Shown: positions 9,401 to 18,000 of the stretch, piece after piece
Layout of the letters: every line of letters starts with the position of its first letter
How positions within the stretch are numbered: the first letter of the stretch is position 1
DNA from: an uncultured Candidatus Saccharibacteria bacterium
GTDB lineage: Bacteria; Patescibacteriota; Doudnabacteria; UBA920
Length of the DNA: 64,000 nt
Direction of reading: 5' to 3'
Assembly (NCBI GenBank): GCA_964612745.1
Contig: CAZTCH010000005.1
Coordinates: 5,448-69,447 of the forward strand
The notes under the pieces: model-generated
Told to the model about the DNA's origin: nothing
The model's database searches: none
Seen by the model: only the letters and a program-made list of their open reading frames with translations
Position numbers and translations under genes: made by a program

Positions 9401-10548
9401 CGCCTTTCTTGCGTTTCAAAATTCACTTCCACCAACCCAAATTTTAACCCATACCCATTATGCCATTCGTATGTGTCCAGAAACGACCAGTACACATAGC
9501 CACGCACGTCTACCCCTTCGGCTCTGGCTTGCAGTGCCCAATGTACGTGCTCTGCAATAAACCTTTGGCGCATGTCGTCACGAGCATTGGCAATACCATT
9601 TTCGGTAATGTAAATTGGTTTTTTATATTTCCCAATTTGTTTTAACAGATAGTACAGTCCTTTAGGATACGTTCTCCAGCCCATGTCATTTTTGCACGCT
9701 TTCTTAGTAGTTCGCCCGCGTACAGATACGGAGTCAAAGAAGTAGTAATTAAGTCCGATTATGTCTAAATGGTCCAGAATCTTTTCTAAAATATATTCGT
9801 TACCTATGTAACTCAAAGCCCGCACCACGGCTCTATCCAATAGATTACTATAGTACGGTTCGTAGAATACATTATTTTTCACAATGCCAACTTGGGCGCT
9901 CGGAAGACACTTCTTTACCTGCTCGTACATAGAGCGGTGAGAAGCTAAAATATTCCGCAGTACGCGTGGCACTAACAACACATTCTTTTTAAATGGCGGG
10001 TGCAGGCCACGAACATAGCTCATGAGCAGCACCACTTCTGGTTCGTTTATAGTAAAGAATATATCCACCTCAGAACCAAGCAGCTCTGCCACCACCTTCG
10101 CATAGTTACCCAACCACTCTGCTATGCGTGGATTTTCCCAACCACCCTTTGCTGCCACCCATTGTGGCAACGTAAAATGCTGTAACGTCACCATGCGTAC
10201 GAGCCCATGCCGCTTCATGTTTTGCAACATACGTCGGTAGTGCTCTACAGATTCCATATCAAGCCTTCCCTCTTCTGGCTCTATGCGTGACCATTCAATG
10301 GCAATGCGAAATACATCAAGTCCCATGTCTTGTGCCAACGCAAAATCTGTTTCGTATCTGTTGTAAAAATCTGCTGCCACACCCGAAACTGGCAACTTGC
10401 CCTGCTGCTCCGCGTACCACCAGTCACTGTGCACATTGTCCCCTTCTACTTGGTGCCCGCTCACTCCCGCGCCAAACAAAAAGCCTTCGGGTAGGGCACC
10501 CATAAATAGTTTTTCAGAATTTGTATTCGTAACTGTTTTCATATCCAT
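9376..10548 (-). CDS. Glycoside hydrolase family 1 (beta-glucosidase-like)
   Basis: FLFGAGVSGHQVEG, catalytic TINEP and ITENG, WSFLDTYEW, KFGLVEV. The start is uncertain (10548/10542/10503). Confidence 0.92.
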   Translation of the reverse strand: MDMKTVTNTNSEKLFMGALPEGFLFGAGVSGHQVEGDNVHSDWWYAEQQGKLPVSGVAADFYNRYETDFALAQDMGLDVFRIAIEWSRIEPEEGRLDMESVEHYRRMLQNMKRHGLVRMVTLQHFTLPQWVAAKGGWENPRIAEWLGNYAKVVAELLGSEVDIFFTINEPEVVLLMSYVRGLHPPFKKNVLLVPRVLRNILASHRSMYEQVKKCLPSAQVGIVKNNVFYEPYYSNLLDRAVVRALSYIGNEYILEKILDHLDIIGLNYYFFDSVSVRGRTTKKACKNDMGWRTYPKGLYYLLKQIGKYKKPIYITENGIANARDDMRQRFIAEHVHWALQARAEGVDVRGYVYWSFLDTYEWHNGYGLKFGLVEVNFETQERRCRHVFTS

Positions 10549-10581
10549 ATACACACAAGCACCACCACCGCTGCAAACACA

Positions 10582-10619
10582 GATGGGCACCATCTGCCAG
10601 CTGGCGGATGGTGCCCATC
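10582..10619. repeat. GATGGGCACCATC palindrome with a central C(T/C)GCCAGCTGGCGG element
   Basis: gatgggcaccatctgccagctggcggatggtgcccatc. It may double as the gatB terminator. Confidence 0.8.
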
Positions 10620-10645
10620 AGAAATGCACTTATCAGAAATTCTTA

Positions 10646-12235
10646 CTACGATTGCAATTTCTGCTTTAAAATTTCGTTTATCACGCTTGGATTAGCTTTG
10701 CCTTGCATTTTCTTCATAACCCCACCAACCAGCGCTCCAAATGCCCGCTCGTTACCATTTTTATAATCTTCTGCCGCCTTCGCATTTTCTTCCAACACAG
10801 CGACTATTGCTTCTTCTATTGCTGCCGTATCACTCACCTGTTCGAGTCCCAAGTCTTTCACAAGCTCACTTGGATCCCCGCCAGTTTCGAGCATTTTCTT
10901 GAACACCTGTTTTGCTGCAGCAGAAGAAATAACACCAGAGTCTATCAGCTTGACTAACTCTGCTAAATTTTCTGCTGTCACACGAGAGTCTGCTGGAGCA
11001 CTATGCGCGCTGTTTAGTGCGGCGGAAAAATCCTGCAAACACCAGTTCGCTGCAAGCTTTACTAACTTTTCCTTACTACTGACCGCTTTCTGGCTACTCT
11101 GCTCCGAAAGAATCCATGCGTCCAACTCACTCACAACATCTTCAAAAAAGAATGCCAACTCTTTCCAGTTCAACAAGTTTTCTATATCTGCTTCTGGTAA
11201 AGCGTATTCCTCGCTAAACCGCAGCCGTTTTGCGTTTGGCAACTCCGGAAGCGACCGACGAATTTCCTCTACGTACGCTGCAGTAAACTGAAGTGGAGGC
11301 AAATCTGGCTCTGGCAAATACCGGTAATCATTCGCCTCTTCTTTGCTTCGCTGCTCCACTGTCTGGTTCAATTTTTCGTTCCAACCCATGGTCACCTGCT
11401 TGGGAGTTTCACCACGGAGACGCATTTCCGACTGGCGCGCAATTTCGTAGGTAATCGCCTGCTCTACAAATTTAAATGAGTTAATGTTCTTTACTTCACA
11501 TTTATATGGCGGCAACCCTTGTTCGCCTGGCAAGCGCACCGAAATACTTGGTTCGCAACGCATGCTCCCTTTTTCCATATCTGCATCGCTTGCGCCTACA
11601 TAGCGCGCAATACGCTGGAGCTCTTCCAAGTATTTCCGAGCTTCTTCTGCAGATTCAATAACTGGGTGGGTCACAATTTCTAAGAGCGGTGTACCCGCAC
11701 GGTTGTAGTCAACCAAGCTGTAGGAAAGACCTTCGGGATGCATATTCTTTCCTGCGTCCTCTTCCAAATGAGCCCGTTGAATAAGCACCCGTTTCGTGCG
11801 AGTACGAGGTTTCGAAACCCCACTAGCATCGTTCGTAGCGCCAGCGAATTTGCCCGCCGAAGCTTCTAGCGAAGGCTGGGCTGTTTGCTCGCTATCAGTT
11901 ACTTGAATTTCGATAAAGCCTTCTTTAGCAATTGGATGGTCCAACTGTGAAATCTGGTACCCTTTTGGTAAGTCAGGGTAAAAATAGTGTTTGCGATCGA
12001 ACTGACTCCATTCATCTATAGAACAGTTCAGTGCCAACCCCATTTTGACGGCAAGCCGAATTGCCTCTTCATTTGCCACAGGCAAAGACCCTGGCTGCGC
12101 AGTCACCACTTCATCGACATTCACATTCGGCTGCTCCATATCTAACCTGTTGGGAGCACTACTAAACATCTTCGACTTCGTTTTCAGTTGAATGTGAACC
12201 TCAAGACCAATAACGGGTTTTAGTAAATCAGACAT
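10646..12235 (-). CDS. gatB: Asp/Glu-tRNA amidotransferase subunit B
   Basis: VIGLEVHIQL, FDRKHYFYPDLPKGYQISQ, HLEEDAGK, DYRYLPEPDLPP. Confidence 0.97.
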   Translation of the reverse strand: MSDLLKPVIGLEVHIQLKTKSKMFSSAPNRLDMEQPNVNVDEVVTAQPGSLPVANEEAIRLAVKMGLALNCSIDEWSQFDRKHYFYPDLPKGYQISQLDHPIAKEGFIEIQVTDSEQTAQPSLEASAGKFAGATNDASGVSKPRTRTKRVLIQRAHLEEDAGKNMHPEGLSYSLVDYNRAGTPLLEIVTHPVIESAEEARKYLEELQRIARYVGASDADMEKGSMRCEPSISVRLPGEQGLPPYKCEVKNINSFKFVEQAITYEIARQSEMRLRGETPKQVTMGWNEKLNQTVEQRSKEEANDYRYLPEPDLPPLQFTAAYVEEIRRSLPELPNAKRLRFSEEYALPEADIENLLNWKELAFFFEDVVSELDAWILSEQSSQKAVSSKEKLVKLAANWCLQDFSAALNSAHSAPADSRVTAENLAELVKLIDSGVISSAAAKQVFKKMLETGGDPSELVKDLGLEQVSDTAAIEEAIVAVLEENAKAAEDYKNGNERAFGALVGGVMKKMQGKANPSVINEILKQKLQS

Positions 12236-12256
12236 AGTTCTAATTGCCACTTAAGT

Positions 12257-12311
12257 TCCAAAAAACAATATACAAATCTCAAATAAATTCCAAACTACAA
12301 ATCACAAATAA
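12257..12311. repeat. Downstream heptamer (CAAAT-based) arm of the four-helix-bundle cassette
   Basis: aaaaaacaatatacaaatctcaaataaattccaaactacaaatcacaaataa; an imperfect inverted copy of 12684-12730. Confidence 0.85.
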
Positions 12312-12683
12312 TTACTTGTTCACAATAGCAGAAAAAATCTTTTTCAATTCACCAGCTTCTTGCAGCAACCGTACGCCTTCAACTTTATCTACGGTTTCGT
12401 TAATTTCTAAGAGCAAACGTATCCAATACTCTGACTCTTTTGCTTCTTTTCTGCAGATTTTTACTCGCATCACAAAATCCTTTTTACTCAATGACTCATT
12501 AGCTTCAATATAATTAGCACCCACAGAACCAGACGAGCGAACTAACTGCTTGACGTCCTCTAAAGCACTAATCGTTCTTGGCAGAGACCGCACAAACTCT
12601 CGAATATCACGAGCAAAAATAAATGTTCTCTCCTCTAAATCATAGACCTTATCGACCTTATCGTTTTGGCCATTTTGAGTCAT
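12312..12683 (-). CDS. Four-helix-bundle protein (23S rRNA-IVP / TIGR02436-like, Avd-related fold)
   Basis: YDLEERT, KQLVRSSGSVGANYIEANESLSKKDF, KEAKESEYWIRLL, ELKKIFSAI. Confidence 0.92.
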   Translation of the reverse strand: MTQNGQNDKVDKVYDLEERTFIFARDIREFVRSLPRTISALEDVKQLVRSSGSVGANYIEANESLSKKDFVMRVKICRKEAKESEYWIRLLLEINETVDKVEGVRLLQEAGELKKIFSAIVNK

Positions 12684-12730
12684 TGGATTTTGGAATTTAT
12701 TTGTTATTTGTGATTTGAGATTTGTTTTTT
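12684..12730. repeat. Upstream heptamer arm of the four-helix-bundle cassette
   Basis: tggattttggaatttatttgttatttgtgatttgagatttgtttttt. Confidence 0.85.
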
Positions 12731-12731
12731 A

Positions 12732-14213
12732 CTACCTTGGTAGTTTCTTGTGCCACTCAGTCACGCTCTGATACGCCAAACCAACATCAAATAACTTTTG
12801 CTCTCCCCACTGCGGTCCAATAAGCTGTAAACCAACTGGCATACCATCTGCACTTGGTTGGTTACCTTCGAGTGGCTTTGCAAAACCGCACGGCACCGAC
12901 AACGCAGGCAGCCCCGCAAGAGAGGAAGGTATGTTCAACTGATCCGCAATGTACCCAAACAAAGGATCGTCTGCCGCCTTACCAAGTGTCACTGCGACCG
13001 TTGGGCTGGAAGGTGCTGCAATCACGTCGACGTGCTTAAATGCCTCTGCAAATTCATTTACAATCAAGCGTCGTACTTTTTGCGCTCGCTTGTAGTAGGC
13101 ATCGTAGTACCCTGCAGACAGCACGTAGGTGCCAGTCATAATGCGGCGCTTGGCTTCGTCGCCAAAACCTTCCGCGCGGGATTTTTCATATACTTCTAGC
13201 AAATTTTTTGCCTCGCTCGACACATGACCATAGCGAATACCGTCGTACCGAGATAGGTTCGACGCAATTTCAGCTGGCGCTACAATTGCATAGACCAGTG
13301 AACCATATCGTGTGTTAGGCAAATCAATTTCTACTAATTCTGCACCCAACTTTTCGAGCTCCTTGGTTGCTGCCAACACCCGCTCTTTCACTTCTTCTTG
13401 GAGACCTTCAGGGAAATACTGCTTGGGAATACCAATACGGAGACCAGACAGAGAGGTTGTAGGGGTTAGGTTGTAGGTTGTAGTAACAGACCCTGTAGTA
13501 GAGTCTTTCGGGTCATGACCAGATATTACATTTGCTATTTGCACCAAGTCGGCAACAGAATGCGCGTGCGCACCAGGACTATCGAGACTGCTCGCCATAG
13601 CAATAACCCCATAGCGACTGACTCGTCCATATGTCGGCTTCCAACCAGACACACCACAGAGCGAAGACGGCTGGCGAATGCTTCCGCCAGTTTCGGTACC
13701 AAGTGTCCACGGCGCCATGCCTGCAGCCACAGCAGCAGCGCTTCCACCAGAAGACCCACCAGGAATACGTGAAGTATCCCATGGGTTCTTTGTAGGACCA
13801 TATGCAGATGTCTCTGTAGAAGAGCCGTGTGCAAACTGGTCCAAGTTAGTCTTACCAATCAGTACTGCGTGCTGCTCTTTTAACTTTGCTATAACAGTAC
13901 TATCGTATGGTGGAATGTAGCTATCTAAAATTTTGGAAGATGCAGTGGTTCGAATGCCTGCAGTACAAAATAAATCTTTTGCTGCAAAAGGTATTCCACA
14001 GAGGGGTGGATTTTGGCCACTCGCAGCCATGTAGTCATCCGCAGCACGGGCTTGCGCCAAAGCTTCTTCGCGCGAAATAGTGACAAATGCATTTAGTTCT
14101 GCATTCAGTTTTTCTGCACGTGCCAAAAAATATTCGGTTAACTCTACCGAACTTACTTGCTTGGTGTCTAATAATTCTCGCAACTCATGGATTGTCTTCT
14201 GTTCAAAATTCAT
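12732..14213 (-). CDS. gatA: Asp/Glu-tRNA amidotransferase subunit A
   Basis: Amidase signature GGSSGGSAAAVA, GTETGGSIRQP, SRYDGIRYG. Confidence 0.97.
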   Translation of the reverse strand: MNFEQKTIHELRELLDTKQVSSVELTEYFLARAEKLNAELNAFVTISREEALAQARAADDYMAASGQNPPLCGIPFAAKDLFCTAGIRTTASSKILDSYIPPYDSTVIAKLKEQHAVLIGKTNLDQFAHGSSTETSAYGPTKNPWDTSRIPGGSSGGSAAAVAAGMAPWTLGTETGGSIRQPSSLCGVSGWKPTYGRVSRYGVIAMASSLDSPGAHAHSVADLVQIANVISGHDPKDSTTGSVTTTYNLTPTTSLSGLRIGIPKQYFPEGLQEEVKERVLAATKELEKLGAELVEIDLPNTRYGSLVYAIVAPAEIASNLSRYDGIRYGHVSSEAKNLLEVYEKSRAEGFGDEAKRRIMTGTYVLSAGYYDAYYKRAQKVRRLIVNEFAEAFKHVDVIAAPSSPTVAVTLGKAADDPLFGYIADQLNIPSSLAGLPALSVPCGFAKPLEGNQPSADGMPVGLQLIGPQWGEQKLFDVGLAYQSVTEWHKKLPR

Positions 14214-14287
14214 AACAGTATATAGTGCGCAGTGAACAGTGGAGAGAAATACAGGCATTGCACTGTTGGCTGTCCACTTTCCACTTC

Positions 14288-14569
14288 TTACAATATTGCT
14301 TTCACTTTATAAAAACCGTCTTTCATTTCTGGTGCTTGCGCGAGCAGAGCTTCGCGACTCGCAGACTCGCGCGCGACGTCTGGTCGCTGGGCATTTACCA
14401 GACCAGTCACCTGCGTGATTTCTTCTACACCCTCAACGTCAATCTGGTTTAACTCAGCAACGTAATCGAGCACTGTAGATAAATCTTTTTGGAACTTCAC
14501 AACCTCTTCTGGACTCAGTGAAATCCGAGCCAAATGAGCTATTTTTACTACTTCTTCTTGGGTTAACAT
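14288..14569 (-). CDS. gatC: Asp/Glu-tRNA amidotransferase subunit C
   Basis: MLTQEEVVKIAHLARI...FYKVKAIL; lies upstream of gatA. Confidence 0.95.
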   Translation of the reverse strand: MLTQEEVVKIAHLARISLSPEEVVKFQKDLSTVLDYVAELNQIDVEGVEEITQVTGLVNAQRPDVARESASREALLAQAPEMKDGFYKVKAIL

Positions 14570-14618
14570 AGAGCTAGTATACAAAAAAAGGGCGCCCACT
14601 ACAAGGAGGCTATAATGC

Positions 14619-15076
14619 AGTAACGAGTAGCTAGTTGCTAGTTACGAGAAAGAAATAAGTCGTCACGTCTTAAAGTCTTAACGGCTTCACACCAGAAAAA
14701 CAGTAGAGTTAGATGGGCACCATCTGACACCATGCTCGTAGTTATGGTTTTGAGGGTACATCAACACAAGTAAATATAGAACTTACATGTCAGATGGTGC
14801 CCATCTAACGACAGAAAACTAGAAACTCAAAAGTCAAAACGCAAAACTTCAGGTCAAAACTGTAAACTTTAAATTCTGACCAGTTTTTAGTTTGCAGTTG
14901 AAGCTCCAGTCCGCCAACTGACGGATTTGAACTTTGTTATTTGTTTTTTAAAAAGCCGGAGCACCTGCTCCGGCTTTAAACTATTCTCTATTCTCCCCGC
15001 ACCTTGCGGAGCCCCGATGCGGCATCGGGGCTACTCTCTTCTCTTTCTCGTAACTAGCAACTAGCTACTCGTTACT
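14619..15076. mobile_element. Non-coding composite element with perfect 35-bp terminal inverted repeats and nested repeat modules
   Basis: agtaacgagtagctagttgctagttacgagaaaga (14619-14653) is the exact reverse complement of 15042-15076. Mobility is inferred, not shown. Confidence 0.7.
14708..14809. repeat. MITE/REPIN-like unit with 22-bp inverted termini (copy 1)
   Basis: gttagatgggcaccatctgaca ... tgtcagatggtgcccatctaac; second copy at 48891-48991. Confidence 0.85.
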
Positions 15077-15095
15077 TAATCCGCCTACCGGCGGA

Positions 15096-18000
15096 TTACT
15101 GCACTTCCTTCAAAAATGGTACCGGCAACCCACGGAAGAACAACACAAGCGGTGTACGAAGGGAGCAAGACAGCGGATACGAATCACAATTAATCTCTTC
15201 ACCTGCTGCAGAAACTGGATCAGTGTAGGAAATTCGCGCTACATTACTAAACCGGAATATGGAAGCCGTGGTCCCTGTGGGGCCTTTGGCATATGCAGTA
15301 TAGACAATACTCAAATACTCATTTTGGGCGAGCCCACCAGCTTTCGCTTGTGATTCAATTGCAAATGTAATCTGCTTCAGAGTGGGATTGTAGACAACGC
15401 TGTTCAACACATAATCACCCCTATCGCATGGGATTCCATTACAATTGAGTGTAACCGTTTTGTCATCCCATCCGGCTGATGGCGGACCCAAGTTAGTAAG
15501 TGTATCCACCACAGTAAAGTCACCACCGACCGTCGCAGTACCAGAATTTACAATGTGTATAGCAAACTCAATCGGACTCCCCTCTGCTACGCTCGCAGAG
15601 CCAATGTCTGCTTCGGCAATCCCATCGGTAGGATTATACGACACCGCACGACCATTCACCGAGACTATATCTTTGTTGGACAAACTTAAATCAGCCCATG
15701 GCCCAGGGAGTGACCCCGTGAGCACTTCTGTATCGAGCAATGTAAACGCTGTGTACTTTGCTAAAACAATATCTATATATGCTGGTACACTGTTCTGCGA
15801 ATCAACTGTGTACGTCACTGCATGCGTGTGTGAGCTGGTAGACCCGTTAGCAGAAAAGCCGCTCCTTACTAAATTATTATTTCCGGGAGCACCAGAAGTT
15901 CCCACCACCGAGCCGCCATGGTTGTGCGTTGCAGAGCCACCGGTAGAGCCAAAACTAGCGCTACCACGAAGCATTCGCTGATAATAGCTACTAGAGGAAC
16001 CAGACACTGTTGTCCAACCAGAAGGCACAGCACCAGTGAAAAAGGCAATCATCCCAGCTGGTGCTGCGGTATCTGCTGTGGCCTGTCCAAAAATTACATC
16101 AATATAAGGTGGTGTGTTAGAAGAGGCAGTCAAAGCAGTGCTCGCAATGGTGTGAGAATGACCGGTTGCTACCGTGGTGTTATTCGCAGTATCACGAAGA
16201 GCCCCAGAATCTACACTAGAAGTGGCAGTAAACGTGTGGGTGTGCGTAGCAGAACCACCAGTGTTTGCATCTGGCCCACCCCGCAAATATGTCCCGTCCA
16301 AAGATGAATACCGAGTCCAACCCGAAGGAACACTGGCGTCAAACAACGCAATGGCTCCAGCTGGAATGCTTGGAGGATTGGTGCGACTAATAAATTTGAG
16401 GTGTTTGTATGGAGGAATGATACTGTCAGTCGAGGACGTCACATTACTCCACGTGTGCGTATGCGAATTAGTTGGATAAAATCCGCCACTAGAGCTTTCG
16501 CCAGTGCTTTGTGATGCTCCAGCAGTTTGGGATTGGTACGTTAAGGTGTGCGAACCAGTATCAGTGCCACCTGTAGCTCCGTAAGAATCAGAAGCACGTG
16601 GAAACTTCCCATACAATGGGTCGCCCACGTTACACGAAATACATGTCCAACCAGAAGGCACCGCACCGGAAGCGGTATCCCAGAGCAACACGACTGTGCC
16701 CGTTAGGCTTCCACCAGGGAGAGTAAAGCAGTCCGCTGCAGCATATAATTTAAACTGATACTGCTCGACAACACTCCCACTTGCAGACACACTGCGTGGT
16801 AACCCAGTTGGGTTGTTTGCAGCACACCCAGAATTAAATAGAGTGTACGGTCCGTATGTGGCAGTATTTGGATCGTACTGACTCACTAACACCTGCGCGT
16901 AAGTAGTATTCGTCGTAGACCACGATACTTGTGGTGTTGGACTACAACTGGTCGCAGGTGGCGTAATAGCACAAGGACTAGAAGGAGTAATGGTAATGCT
17001 ACCTGTGGTGGTGCACCCACCGCACGCATTTTGTGTATACGATTGTGTGTCAGAATCTGTGCCATATGCATTGGTACAGACAATAGTGTAGGTATGACCG
17101 CCCACAGTCGGCACTAAACTTTCTGTATTCGGACCAGCCGCTGTAGCCTTTGACCCTGTCCAATCGTTCGTGCTGCTACTCGCAACACAAGACGTTGGCG
17201 CGTTGGTAGTTGTCCAACTGAGTGTGGTGCTTGCAGGGTACGTACCGGATGTTGGATTCACACTCAGCACCACATCGGGCACCGGAGACACATTACGCGT
17301 AAAATTAGCCACGCCACACCATGTGTTACCAACGGTAGCACTGCTCATGTAAATATGCACATTTATAGTTCCATATTCTGGACTGCCCACTTTGTGACTC
17401 GCTAGATTCACAGACGCGCGCCATGTGCCACCGCCTAAGTTTGTACCAGCATACCAAATAATATCATCTTGCCCACCAGTGTCTCCCCATGTTGGGAACA
17501 CCACCGCAGTCGCACCGGTTACCCCGTAGGCATATACATAAAAAGTTCCGGAAGTACTACCCGTACTTGTCGCTTCTGGCGCGCTGCTCGTACACGCTGG
17601 CGTTTCACCATTTACCAAAACTGTTACCGAATCTGTCGCGGTACCGCCTGCACCCGTACAACTAATAGTAAAAGTAGTTGCGCTGGTCAGTACGCTCGAT
17701 GGGTCAGAGCCAGATGTAGCACCGCCGGTCGAAAACCCAGGACCTTGCGTTGCAGTACAGGAGTCCACAAACCCAGAATTCCACGAGAGTGTTGTTGCAG
17801 CATTGTAGTTCACTGGGTTTGGGCTCGCAGATAAGTTTACATATGGGCCCGCAGGGTTCACGGTTACATCACCACAATGCGCAGACTGCCCGGCGCTCGT
17901 GGAAACATCCACACTAAATTGCCCAGCATTGCCATATTGAGCCCCAATAATTGCCCCACTACCCCACGTACTTGTTGCACCAGGTGTGGACCACGTAAAA

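Noticed and set aside
12312-12683. Avd-like gene as part of a diversity-generating retroelement
   Set aside because: No reverse transcriptase is present, and I saw no TR/VR pair differing only at adenines.
15750-16705. Prophage
   Set aside because: The tail-collar-like modules are internal to a signal-peptide-bearing protein, and no other phage genes are present.
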